From Eledone cirrhosa (taxonomy: Eukaryota), in NCBI GenBank assembly GCA_964016885.1, contig OZ024753.1:13764001-13828000 (forward strand): 64,000 nucleotides of DNA. The letters are read 5' to 3'. The position numbers and the translations under genes are program-made. The notes below the pieces were generated by a model, which ran no database searches, was not told where the DNA came from, and was given only the letters and a program-made list of their open reading frames with translations. Numbering within the stretch: the first letter of the stretch is position 1; every line of letters starts with the position of its first letter. Below are positions 51,311-64,000 of the stretch, piece after piece.

Positions 51311-52919
51311 ATCTCATTAATACTTTTGAGTATAACATGGAGGATTATAATTTCTTCTGAGAAATCTTTGTGAATACCTGGAATAATTATTGCTTTTTAT
51401 TGGCATTAGGCCAGGAATTTTGGAAGAGGGAACAATTAATCAGGGGTTACGGGTTAATGTTGGAGTTGTGATCACATCACATGTGGCTTAGGGGTTAGTG
51501 CTGGGAGCATGATCACATCACATGTGGCTTAGGGGTTAGTGTTGGAGTCATGATCAGAAGGTCATGGGTTTGATTCCTCAACCAGGCAGGGTTTTGTGTT
51601 CTTGAGCATATTGCTTCATTTTATGTTTCGTTTCATATCCTTAGTTAAGCTATACTTGAAATAAAAATAAACTGTTTTGTTGAACTGTTTGTGTGACAAA
51701 CATTTACAAAATGAAGCGGGGAGTGATCTGTCGCTAAAATCCAGGTCTTGTTAACCACTTAGCCAGAAGTTCCTTCACTGCCAACCAGTTCTATAATTGG
51801 TCTACAGTAAAGTCCCTTCCACCCCTAAAGTCCAGGTCTTGTTAGCCACTTAACCAGAAGTCCCTTCACTGCCAACCAGTTCTATAATTGGTCTACAGTA
51901 AAGTTCCTTCTATCAACAATGAGATAGGACTGAGGTTCCTGTTATTAAAACACCAGAGAAACCTCTTATGAGATACACCTTTGTAGAAGGCCAGCTAAAC
52001 CTGCATATGTATGAGCTGTAACAACAAAATAAGACTGGGGTCTCTATCATTAAAACACCAGAGAAGCCTCCTATGAGATGTAACCTTGAAGGAGGCCAAC
52101 TCAGTCTGCAAAGGTGTGAGATGTAACCACAATATGGTAGGGTAAGGGCTTTTATCATTAAAATACACGAGAAACCTCCTTTAAGATACAACACAGTAGT
52201 AGACCAGCTAAACCTACTCAGGTGTAAACTATGAATTTCATTTCATCTTTATTTAGTTGACTGGTTCTTATTTGATTGATCCTTGAAAGATGGATAAAGT
52301 TGACCTTGGTTGCGTTTCAACTCTGAATGTAAAGGCCCATAAATACCGCAAATGTCAGTGTCTGACTCCAATAGTTTTGACAATCCTCCGCCCTATTGAC
52401 AATCCTGCAATAATGGAAACTTAACAAATGACTATGTATTGTACTTGTGCACTTGCCTATGTGTGTCTGTCAGTGTGTGTGTGTGCCTGTGTGTATTTGT
52501 CAGTGTGTCTGTGTCTATGGCTGTGCATACATGTGTGTGTGTGTGTGTGTGTGTCAGTGTCAGTCTATGTATATATATATATATGTGTGTATGTTTATAT
52601 GTCTGTGCCTGTCTGTCTATGTTATGTCGGATATGAAATTAAAATGTACCATAAACCTTTGAAAACAAGGTCATTGAGTAAGCATCAACCTCTTTGTCTT
52701 CGTGTTTCGTATTAATGATATAAGTTAGTTTAAACCATCCCATCTCTTCTTCCCTTTTTAATTTAACTGACAGTAGCCAACATTGGAGGTGTAAGGGTTA
52801 AATAAAAACTTAATGAAATGATATTTATTATCATCATGTCTTTAGACATTTATGAATGTATTGCATTACAAAATCTCATATTGAGAAACCTTCAAATAAA
52901 ATTGAATCTAACCGCAATT

Positions 52920-53190
52920 ATCATCATCGTTTTTACGCACGTTTTCCCACTCTTGCATAGCTTGAAAGAGTCTTTTTCAGTACATCAGCTCTCCACTCAT
53001 CACATCCCTTTGTCATCTCATCTGTGAGTCTCAGCGATTTGAGGTCAGCTCTAACCACTTCTGTCCAGTTCTTTCTCGGTCTACCTCTACTGTGGCTTCC
53101 TTCCACTGGGATTTCCTGGCATTTCTTCATCCATTGATCATCATCCATGCGCATCACATGTCCGTACCAATGCAGTTTTCTCTCTTGCAC
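52920..53190 (-). mobile_element. RTE-clade LINE 3' fragment
   Basis: ORF ...KLHWYGHVMRMDD...VEGSHSRGRPRKNW. Confidence 0.85.
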
Positions 53191-53377
53191 TCCTGATATT
53201 TATTGTGACTAGCCATTCAATATTTAACATGAAATCCTAATATTTATTGTGACTCGCATTACAATATCTCTCATTGAGTTCTGTATGAGCAAGACATGGC
53301 CACCTGATCTCGCTTGTCTCAATGGGACAACACATCTAACCCATGCAAGAGTGGAAAAATGGACATTAAACGGTGAT

Positions 53378-53918
53378 ATTGAGAACTTTCAAATAAAATT
53401 GGTATTGCAACTAGCCTCACAATATCTGACATTGAAAACTTTCAAATGAAATTGAATTTAACTGCAGTCTTGGTATTGCAACCAGCCTCACAATATCTGA
53501 CATTGAAAACTTTCAAATGAAATTGAATTTAACTGCAGTCTTGGTATTGCGACTAGCCTCACAATATCTAACATTGAAAACTTTCAAATAAAATTGAATT
53601 TAACTGTAGTCTTGGTATTGCAACTAGCCTCACAATATCTGACATTGAGAACTTTCAAATAAAATTGAATTTAACTGTAGTCTTGGTATTGCGACTAGCC
53701 TCACAATATCTGACATTGAAAACTTTCAAATAAAATTGAATTTAACTGCAGTCTTGCTTTTGCGACTAGCCTCACAATATCTGACATTGAAAACTTTCAA
53801 ATAAAATTGAATTTAACTGCAGTCTTGCTTTTGCGACTAGCCTTACAATATCTGACATTGAGAACTTTCAAATAAAATTGAATTTAACTGCAGTCTTGCT
53901 TTTGCGACTAGCCTTACA
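53378..53918. repeat. 71-bp minisatellite, 7-8 units
   Basis: Unit GACTAGCCTCACAATATCTGACATTGAAAACTTTCAAATAAAATTGAATTTAACTGCAGTCTTGGTATTGC. Confidence 0.9.
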
Positions 53919-54233
53919 CTTTCCCTAAGTGAAAACAAAAACCAAAAACAAACAGGAAATAACACAGACTAGTAAATAATACTATCTCTTTCATATTGAA
54001 TTACACGAAAAGCTCTCAGTAGATTGTGAAAGGTATTTATGAAGGATGGGCAATATAAATCATTGTCAATCGATGTTGGTAAAATTATCAGGTCACTAAG
54101 TATCACATGTGAATGTAGATAGCTTTGTGGTAAGAGTGTTGGACTTAAAATCATAATGCTGTGGGTTTGATTCCTAGACTGAGTAGCACGTTGTGTCCTT
54201 GAGCAAAACACTTCATTTCACGTTGCTCCAGTA

Positions 54234-54574
54234 CATCATCATCATCATCATTTTTATGACCGCTTTTCCCTGCTTGCAAGGGTGGGACGGGAACTGATTC
54301 TGGCTTGATTTCTTGGCTGGATGCCTTTCCTAACACCAACCTCATTTACAGTGAGTGCTGGGTGCTTTTTTGCCGTGGCGCCTACATCACCACTTTGCAG
54401 TGGAATGATATGGACCCCAGTCCTATCATCTCATTTCTACAGCTGAGATAAACTGGAGCAATGTGAAATAAAGTGTCTTGCTCAAGGAAACAACACATCA
54501 CCCAGTTCGAGAATTTAACTCACAACCTTTCAATTGCAAGCCCAATGCTCTAACCACTAAGCCATGTGCCTCCA
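54234..54574 (-). mobile_element. SINE family B inserted in an older tRNA-headed SINE
   Basis: Interrupts a plus-strand SINE (head 54120-54232, continuation from ~54580). Confidence 0.75.
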
Positions 54575-54979
54575 TACCTCAATTGAAAATGTGTACCAGC
54601 AGTAGCTGAGAGTTAACTGTGGTATCCTTGCCCAAGGGTGGAAGTCTTGTACTCCCACACGTGTATAACACCATGAAACCCAAGTTAAGCATAGGCCTTA
54701 TAAATCTGGGCTTGGGACAAAGAATTAGTATCACATTATTTGGTAAATGAAATTTTTATTGTTAATATTTTGAATTCAACTTCCTGAAACAGACTTTTCA
54801 GGAGAGTCATCATCATCATCATCAGTTTAATGTCTGCTTTTCCATGCTGGCGAAGGTGTGTGGTTTAGTGGTTAGAGAATTGGATTCATAATTGTGAGGT
54901 TACAAGTTCAATTCCCAGACCTGGTGATGCGTCATGTCCTTGAGCAAGACATTTTATTTCATGTTGCTCCTTCTGTCAG

Positions 54980-55212
54980 AAAGGGTTAATGACAGACGGT
55001 GTCTTTCATTAGAAATATGGTAATGGAAGGGTTAATGACATAGACAGTGTCTTTCATTAGAAATATGGTAACGAAAGGGTTAAAGACATAGACAGTGTCT
55101 TTCTTTAGTAATATGGTAACGAAAAGGTTAAAGACATAGGTGGTCTCTTTCATTAGAAATATGGTAATGAAAGGGTTAATGACATAGACAGTGTCCTTCA
55201 TTAGAAATATGT
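54980..55212 (+). repeat. 48-bp minisatellite, about 5 units
   Basis: Same unit as 13060-13772. Confidence 0.9.
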
Positions 55213-56479
55213 TATTTGCAGATGAAATGTGGAAAAAACATTTTGTATGTGTTTGTGTATATTGATTCTTCATGGATAAATAATTATTATTATCATCTTC
55301 AATATATCGGAAGCAATAATATAATTGTTATATAATTTATTCATAGTTGGTTTTTCATAAATGAAAGTGCTTTTCATTTATTCAAAGAAAATATTGCCTT
55401 TGCTTTTCATGGTTGAACTAATTTTCTAAATTTATTTTCACACTTGAATGCTTCTTTCTATTGCTAATCATTCAACCTTGAATGGGAGTGGATCCTGTTG
55501 TTAGCTAAGTTGTCTGAGGCAAGCAGTTATATCCAGTTTAGCTGGCTTGCTTGGATTAGATGAATCCTGTCCAGCACACTTTCCCCATCTGCCCCCACTT
55601 ATTTGTTTCCTTTGTCATCTCTCATTTGTATTGTAGTTTCTTGAGGTCAACTTTCACCACTTCTGTCCACTTCATCCTTGGTTTTCCTCTTCCACAGCTA
55701 CCTTCCACTGGGAACTCCTGACACTTCTTCACTTCACTCACCCAGTTTGAGTGACCCCAGTATCATTGTTTTATGTTGTGAATATATTAATTGTTTCTAA
55801 TTTTGGCACAAGGCCAGCAATTACCCCAGTGTATTACTGGTATTTTATTTTATCGACCCCGTAAGGATGAAAGGCAAAGTTAACCTCGGCGGGATTTGAA
55901 GTCAGACCGTAAAGGGCCGCAACTCTATGCAGAAAAGCATGGCATCCAACCCTCTACCGATGCTGCCAATCCATTGTGTGTACATGGCCTAATGGTTAAG
56001 GTTGTTCAATACATAATCATAAAGTCATGGTAGGGCATTGTGACCTTAAGCAAGACCCTTTATGTCACATTGCTCCAGTCTACTTAGCTGCCCACCCCGA
56101 GTTGTACCTGTAATTTAAAGGGGGGTCAACCTTGTCACACACTGCGGTGGATTGGCAGCATCGGTAGCGGGTCGAACGTTATGCTTTGACGCATAGAGTT
56201 ACGGCCCTTGCCATTCTGAGTTCGAATCCCGCCGAGGTTAACTTTACCTTTCATCCTTACGGGGTCGATAAATTAAAGTACCAGTCACGCAATTCTTCTA
56301 TGGGTTAGATGGGTCGTCCATGCCAGGATGCAAGTCTGGCCATGGTTGACCATGTTGCTCCAGTGAGGACTGTAAATTAAATTTGACTGGGCATTTTACA
56401 GCTGGATGCCCTTCCTAACACCAATCACGTTTACAGTGCACCTGAGCACTGTACACTATTTCATTTATATATATCATTC

Positions 56480-57050
56480 ATCATCATTACCGTTTTACAT
56501 CCATTCTTCCACGCTAACATGGGTTAAATGAGTTGTCCTGTTGTGGGCAATGCCAGGTCAGGTGACCATGTCTTGCTCATACAGAACTGATTTTGGCTTG
56601 GTTTCTACAGCTCAATGCCCTTTCTAACAGCAACCTCATTTACAGTGAGTACTGGGTGCCTTTTTGTCGTGTCACCTACATGACCACATTAGAGTGTGGC
56701 CTGGGTGTTTTTGTCGTGTCACCTACATGACCACTTTACAGTGTGGCCTGGGTGTTTTTGTCGTGTCACCTACATGACCACTTTACAGTGTGGCCTGGGT
56801 GTTTTTGTTGTGTCACCTACATGACCACTTTACAGTGTGGCCTGGGTGTTTTTGTCGTGTCACCTACATGACCACTTTACAGTGTGGCCTGGGTGTTTTT
56901 GTCGTGTCACCTACATGACCACTTTACAGTGTGGCCTGGGTGTTTTTGTCGTGTCACCTACATGACCACTTTACAGTGTGGCCTGGGTGTTTTTGTCGTG
57001 TCACCTACATGACCACTTTACAGTGTGGACTGGGTGATTTTTGTCGTGAC
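56480..57050 (-). mobile_element. SINE or LINE-tail element with an internal 47-bp tandem array (~8 units)
   Basis: Unit CTGGGTGTTTTTGTCGTGTCACCTACATGACCACTTTACAGTGTGGC. The same family with 1-3 units occurs at ~2000-2190, 20865-21110, 34110-34595 and 48065-48310. Confidence 0.75.
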
Positions 57051-57306
57051 ACTTACACAAGCACGTTATATTAAATCTCCAAGGGCCAACCTTGTTGCAC
57101 AGTGTCAAACTGAATCTCCCCGAGAAGTACGTTAAAGGTACACGTGTCTGTGGAATGCTCAGCCACCTGCAAGTTAATCTCACAAACGGGCTGAACCAAC
57201 AAGTCTAATACCCAAGCCAGACAATTATATTTTACATCCATAAAACTTTATACAGGATGGTGTTACTTATCTAGCTTGTGTATATAGCTATTATGTACGT
57301 ATATGC

Positions 57307-57344
<38 letters not shown>

Positions 57345-57353
<9 letters not shown>

Positions 57354-58285
57354 TGTATGTATAATATGTATATATAGCTATTATGGATGTATATGTGTAT
57401 ATATATATATAGTTATGTATGTATATATAGCTATTATGGATGTATAATATGTATATATAGCTATTATGGATGTATAATATGTATATATAGCTATTATGGA
57501 TGTATAATATGTATATATAGCTATTATGGATGTATAATATGTATATATAGCTATTATGGATATATAATATGTATATATAGCTATTATGGATGTATATATA
57601 GTTATTATGGATGTATAATATGTATATATAGTTATTATGGATGTATAATATGTATATATAGCTATTATGGATGTATAATATGTATATATAGCTATTATGG
57701 ATGTATATATAGCTATTATGGATGTATAATATGTATATATAGCTATTATGGATGTATATATAGCTATTATGGATGTATAATATATATATATAGTTATTAT
57801 GGATGTATAATATGTATATATAGTTATTATGGATGTATAATATGTATATATAGTTATTATGGATGTATAATATGTATATATAGTTATTATGGATGTATAA
57901 TATGTATATATAGCTATTATGGATGTATAATATGTATATATAGCTATTATGGATATATAATATGTATATATAGCTATTATGGATGTATAATATGTATATA
58001 TAGTTATTATGGATGTATAATATGTATATATAGTTATTATGGATGTATAATATGTATATATAGCTATTATGGATATATAATATGTATATATAGCTATTAT
58101 GGATGTATATATAGTTATTATGGATGTATAATATGTATATATAGTTATTATGGATGTTTAATATGTATATATAGTTATTATGGATGTTTAATATGTATAT
58201 ATAGTTATTATGGATGTATAATATGTATATATAGCTATTATGGATGTATAATATGTATATATAGCTATTATGTACAATATATAGT
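57345..58285. repeat. 30-bp AT-rich minisatellite with 21-bp variants
   Basis: Unit TATATATAG(C/T)TATTATGGATGTATAATATG. Confidence 0.95.
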
Positions 58286-59137
58286 AATACCACCATCACT
58301 CCTTTTTTTTTTTTTTTTTTTTTACATCATTGTTCATAGTTTATTACTTCTGTAATGCTGTGCATTCACGTGTGTGTGTCTCTCTCTGTCGTATGTGTGT
58401 GTGTGTGTGTCTCTCTCTCTCTCTGTCGTGTGTGTGTGTGTGTGTGTCTCTCTCTCTCTCTGTCGTGTGAGTGTGTCTCTCTCTCTCTCTGTATGTGTGT
58501 CTATTTTTCTCTCACTTTTTTCTGACTATATTTTTACCATTCATGTGTGTGTGTATGTGTGTATGTGTGTGTACGTCTGTCTATCTTTCTCTCACTCTCT
58601 AGTTCTCTGACTATATATATTTACCATTCCTCTATGCATGTTTCTATCTTTCTCTCACTTTATGTATTTTTACCATCTCTCTCTCTCTCTCTCTCTTTCT
58701 ATGCTCTATGTAAGCTACAGAGCTTATTAGTTATGTAATAAACAACATAAGATACATCTGCCTTCAAAAAACCACTGGTAAATGAAATAATTATCTTATG
58801 TTTATTACATAACTATATATATAAATTATTAGAGCAAGACACTTTATTTCACATTGCTCCAGTTTTCTCAGCTGTAGAAATGAGATGATAGGGACTGGGG
58901 TCCCTATCATTCCACTGCAAAGTGGTCGTGGAGGTGCCACGACAAAAAAGCACCCAGCACTCACTGTAAATGAGGTTGGTGTTAGGAAGGGCATCCAGCT
59001 GTAGAAATCAAGCCAGAATCAGTTCCTGTCCCACCCTTGCAGGGAAAAGCAGACGTAAAATGATGAAAATGAAAAAAAATATATATATATTTATCCTTAT
59101 CGAGCCCTCTTTGGATTTTAGTCTTCAAATTTATTAT

Positions 59138-59213
<76 letters not shown>

Positions 59214-59872
59214 TATATTTTTACAATTCATAAACGTTTTTTTTTTTTACTTATAACTGTCTGCTTTTTTTGTTTGTTTTTGTTTTTCAGGGTCAGGGTT
59301 AGTGTGATTAGAGTTTAATAATAATAATAGTAATAATAATAATGATTTCTTATATTTATTCATTTTTATTAATAATACATTCATATTATTATTTTTGTTT
59401 TTTTTAAAACTGGTTTCTTTTCCTTTTTCTCACCCCCATCGCCTTTCCTCTTTCTCCCTCACTCCTCTTTGTTTCCTTTTTCCTCTCTATTATTCTATCA
59501 TTGATTAACCTAACCAGAACAACATATACCACCCACAGCAGTTCAACTATTCCCAATACAAGTAATAAATACCTTTGTCTCATGTCTCTCTCTCTCTTTC
59601 TCTTTCTCTCTCTCTCTCTCTCTATACACACACACACATATGTACACACACACACGCACCTCCCTAACATTACCATACAGCACACACCTTGAATATCTGC
59701 TTTTATTGTGTACTCTAAAATATAAAATAAGAATAAGTCAGTTTTTTCAGCCAGGTAGTTTAGAACAGGACTGTAATAAATGTGTTTTGACTGGTGGTGG
59801 TGGGAGGGGCTATGTATGAGTTGTCAGTAAAAAATACTGTTGACCAGTGAGTCCTGTTGGCTGCGTCAGGCA

Positions 59873-59917
59873 ATGGAGTTAAATCTTCCTCTCTGGATGA
59901 AGAAATATATATTTCAG
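59873..59917 (+). CDS. Possible coding exon segment (MELNLPLWMKKYIFQ) before a strong donor
   Basis: Unique sequence with GCAATGG start context, donor CAG|GTAAGG and an upstream TTTTTTCAG acceptor at 59750. No homology recognised. Confidence 0.2.
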
Positions 59918-59989
59918 GTAAGGGACTCAGTTGTTATCTTATTTTGGTATTTGTTTACTAGAAAAAATAGGGAAGGAGCTCTTCATAGT

Positions 59990-60890
59990 ATCAGACCAAT
60001 GGAAACATTGTTTCCATTGGTCTCTCTATTGTTGCTATTATCTATCAGTCACAACTCCTGGCAGAGGAAAGGAGCTGATTGTCAGATCAGACCAAGGAAA
60101 CATTGTTTCCATTGGTCTCTCTATTGTTGCTATTATCTATCAGTCACAACTCCTGGCAGAGGAAAGGAGCTGATTGTCAGATCAGACCAAGGAAACATTG
60201 TTTCCATTGGTCTCTCTATTGTTGCTATTATCTATCAGTCACAACTCCTGGCAGAGGAAAGGAGCTGATTGTCAGATCAGACCAAGGAAACAATGTTTCC
60301 ATTGGTCTCTCTATTGTTGATACTATCAGTCACAACTCTTGGCAGAGGAAAGGAGCTGATTGTCAGATCAGACAAAGGAAGCAATGTTTCCATTGGTCTT
60401 TCTATTGTTGCTACTATCTATCAGTCACAACTCCTGGCAGAGGAAAGTAGCTGATTGTCAGATCAGACCAAGGAAACAATGTTTCCATTGGTCTTTCTAT
60501 TGTTGATAATATCAGTCACAACTCCTGGCAGAGGAAAGGAGCTGATTGTTAGATCAGACCAAGGAAACAATGTTTCCATTGGTCTCTCTATTGTTGATAC
60601 TATCAGTCACAACTCCTGGCAGAAGAAAGGAGCTGATTGTCAGATCAGACAAAGGAAGCAATGTTTCCATTGGTCTTTCTATTGTTGCTACTATCTATCA
60701 GTCACAACTCCTGGCAGAGGAAAGTAGCTGATTGTCAGATCAGACCAAGGAAACAATGTTTCCATTGGTCTTTCTATTGTTGATACTATCAGTCACAACT
60801 CCTGGCAGAAGAAAGGAGCTGATTGTTAGATCAGACAAAGGAAGCAATGTTTCCATTGGTCTTTCTATTGTTGATACTATCTATCAGTCA
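59990..60890. repeat. 89-93-bp minisatellite, about 10 units
   Basis: Unit TCAGACCAAGGAAACA(T/A)TGTTTCCATTGGTCT...CAGTCACAACTCCTGGCAGAGGAAAGGAGCTGATTGTCAGA. Confidence 0.95.
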
Positions 60891-61126
60891 GTCTGATTAT
60901 GAAATCAAACCCAGGAAACAATGTTTCCATTACTGATGCTGTTTGCTGTTCACAACTCCTGTTTAGTAAAAATCATTCTGATATTTTTACAACAGGCTGA
61001 AATAATTATTTCATATTATTATGGTTATTACTCTCTCACAAGCAGGGTTGTATTATTCAGATGTTTAACTAGGCTGAGGTCTGGGTGGGGACATCAATTT
61101 ATTTTTCCTGAGACCCTTTGAAATTT

Positions 61127-61731
61127 GACCTTGGCATGCGTTAATATGGTTAAGATCAAAGTACTTGTATAGTGTCTTTAGGAAATGGTTGAAGGTTATA
61201 ACTGTGGTGTCCATTTATATATGAGGCAGTGTGTTGTAGGGAGTGGAAGGACTTGTGTGGAAGTTTCACAACCCGTCTCGTGGTTTAGTGGTCAGTGATT
61301 AAACTGGCTCCCCCACCAGTGGTGGTGGTGGTCAACCAGGGAACCCTTCCCTGGTTGACCACCACCACCACTTTCTGCTTAGTTTGAGTTATGTCTTCAC
61401 GGGTGTAGCCGTACTCCCCACACTAGGCCAGTTGATGAGGCTATTTAACCTAAAATTGGGGTGGATGGTCGGTGACTCTGCAGAGTTTATTTGCTCTTTT
61501 AACAGCTTTTGTGCTGCTAGGGTTCCACTTACACTCCTCACCAGATCAAGATGTGGTAGGGGACCCGGTTTAATCACTGACCACTAAACCACGAGACGGG
61601 TTGTGAAACTTCCACTCCCTACAACACACTGCCTCATATATAAATGGACACCACAGTTATAACCTTCAACCATTTCCTAAAGACACTATACAAGTACTTT
61701 GATCTTAACCATATTAACGCATGCCAAGGTC
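61127..61731. mobile_element. Fold-back element: ~180-190-bp inverted arms with an internal perfect 26-bp hairpin
   Basis: GACCTTGGCATGCG...CGCATGCCAAGGTC; inner hairpin 61318-61372; no TSD seen. Confidence 0.7.
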
Positions 61732-61798
61732 CCAAGTCTTTCAGGTATTCTTGGCCTCTTCTCAAATTAGACAGATCTTAAATTTTTTGAGTAAGGTA

Positions 61799-61960
61799 CC
61801 ATATTTCCCGGCACCGAAGACATTTCGTCTTCGAGGACGTTTGACAACCAAAAATTTGAAAAAAAAAATAATAAACCACCTTCGGCCTCCAAGACGCATG
61901 GTAGATTTTTTAGACTTATTTTAGGAAAAAGGTAGTGTCTTCGACGCCGGAAAATACGGT
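61799..61960. mobile_element. Small TA-flanked Tc1/pogo-type MITE
   Basis: TA|CCATATTTCCCGGCACCGAAGAC ... GTCTTCGACGCCGGAAAATACGG|TA. Confidence 0.65.
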
Positions 61961-62345
61961 ATATATGTATATATCATATTCATCATCATTTTGCGTCCTC
62001 TTATATATCATCATCATTGTCTAATGTCCATCTTCCACGCTGGCATGGGTTAGACGGTTTTATTCCATTTGATGCGAGAATGGTCGGGAGACCATGTCTC
62101 GCTTGCACAGAAGCGTCTCTGGCAGGTTTTTTACAGCTGGATGCCCTTCCTAACACCAACCACATTTACAGTGTGGACTGGGAGCCTTTTCACCGTGTCT
62201 CCTACACGGCCACCTTACAGTGTGGACTGTTGTGTCATCAACACAGTGGATGGAACGGGAAAGGGAGGGTGGGGTAGGGTGTGGCAGTGGGATGTACTTT
62301 GAGTTAAGAGGTACCTACTGACTGTAGGTTTGCATGCAATGGTAG

Positions 62346-64000
62346 TCAGGTCTTCTGTACAACTGCATGGCGCCAAAGGTCTCGATCCAGTGTCATTGTC
62401 TTAGAGAGGTGTAGGTGGGCAAGGTCAGCTTTTATCACCTCATCCCAGGTTTTTTTTGGTCTACCCACTCCGCAGCTTCCATCAATTTTCATTGCCCTGA
62501 ACTTTTTTATACAGCTGTCATCCTTCATACGCATCACATGTCCATACCAACGCAATCTTCATTCCAGAACACAACATTTGATACCTCTTATGCTTAGTCT
62601 CCCTCTTAGTTCATTTATGCTTCTCCTTTCATGCACGTTACTATTACACATCCATTGGAGCATGCAAACTTCATTTCTTTCTAATCTACGCAGGTCAGGT
62701 CTTCAGCACACAATGCCCAAGTCTCTCTACCATGTAATATTGCTGTTCGTATACGTGCATCATACAATCAGCCTTTCATTTTTAGAGAAAAACCCCTTGT
62801 GACCAACAGTGGTATTACTTCTCTGAACTTTTTCCATCCCGTTCTAACTCTGGCTACTACACTTTCAGTGCACCCTCCTCCAATGCTGACTTTGTCACCC
62901 AGTAACGGAAGGTGACTACTATTTCTATAGAACCATCTGGGCAGTTGAAGGAGATATCCAATGGGTCCTTGCTACTTACTGCACCTGAGCATCGGCCACA
63001 TATAAAATCTACATTCTTAGATAGTTTACCTCTGATCCCACTACATCCTTTATGTACCCATAGTTTACATTTGGGACATAGAATGGAGTTTCAGCCTACT
63101 CCTTTCTTACACACTGAGCAAGGCCATTTCCCAGAGGGTATCTGTGCCCTATTCTCCTTTCTGCATACTAGAACCTTTAGACAAGTTGACTCTAAGGCCT
63201 TTTGATTCAAGGCCATGCTTCCATGTTTGGAACTTCCTCTCTAGTTCAGCCATAGATTCAGCTATGAGAGTTAGATCATCTGTATATAGAAGTTCCAATG
63301 GGGAGCCAGTCTTAAACCCCTCTGTTATAGCCTGTAGGACAATAATAAACAGGAGGGTGCTAAGAACGGAGCCCTGGTGAACCCCTACCATTACGCTAAA
63401 TTCATCACTATATTCATTGTTAATTCTAACCTTGATGACTGTTCCTCTATACATGGCTTGTATAGCTCTCACAAGCCATTCTTCCATTCTTAGTTTTCTA
63501 AGAGCCCACCAGATAATGGAGCGGGGGACTCTGTCAAAGGTCTTCTCCAGGTCAACAAAAAGCTAAGTAGAGGGGTTTACTGTTAGCCAGGTACTTCTGC
63601 AATTGCCGTACAAGGAAAAGAGCATCCGTGGTACTTTTACCTGACACAAACCCAAACTGCATTTCATCTAGATCAATTTGGTCTCTAATCAGAGTAATAA
63701 CTCTTTCTGTGACTTTCATGATTTGGTCAACTAATTTAATACCCCTATAGTTTCCTCTATCCAGGGCGTCTCCTTTGCTCTTGTAACAGTTGATGATGAT
63801 GATGCTACGCCAGTCATTTAGTATTACTTGGTTTACTATCCAGGTGACCGTAGTATGTCCCACCATTCCAGATACCTTCAACATTTCAGCAACTATCCCT
63901 GAAGGCCCAGCTGCCTTGCCTGTCTTCATATTTTTTATTGCCTTACTTACTACACTACCATCAACTTGCACAGGAAGGGAAAACTTCATATGCAGTGGAT
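62346..64000 (-). pseudogene. RTE-clade LINE reverse transcriptase pseudogene (frameshifted, runs off the window end)
   Basis: Motifs KAAGPSGIVAEMLK, KGDALDRGNYRGIKL, QFGF..GKSTTDALF.VRQLQ, GVHQGSVLS.LLF, LLYTDDL (YADD equivalent) and RWYGHVMRM...GRPKKTW are split over several frames. Confidence 0.95.

Noticed and set aside
51440-51540. TTAGGGG telomere-like motifs
   Set aside because: Part of a short tandemly duplicated SINE head, not a TTAGGG array.

Overview
This is AT-rich, repeat-dominated eukaryotic (metazoan) DNA with no prokaryotic features. The tRNA-derived SINE families, RTE-type LINE relics and microsatellite load point to a coleoid cephalopod, probably octopus (inference). Almost every ORF in the supplied track is a microsatellite or repeat artefact. 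No complete host gene is visible; the only hints are a candidate promoter plus first coding exon near 43.3 kb and a few possible small exons. The window holds two or three SINE families, RTE LINE fragments (the largest is an RT pseudogene at 62.3-64 kb), a truncated R4/Dong-like retroelement in (CATA)n, hAT-, piggyBac- and Tc1/pogo-type MITEs, a non-autonomous Helitron, and several minisatellites that arose inside transposons. The most interesting signal is a set of short elements sitting in or beside TA-rich microsatellites. Five carry well-formed minimal type I hammerhead ribozyme folds in three sequence families, and one carries a decayed ORF that aligns by eye to a GIY-YIG nuclease. Together these suggest Penelope-like or retrozyme-type elements. 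There is also a high density of fold-back inverted repeats. All calls are by eye, and repeat boundaries are approximate.
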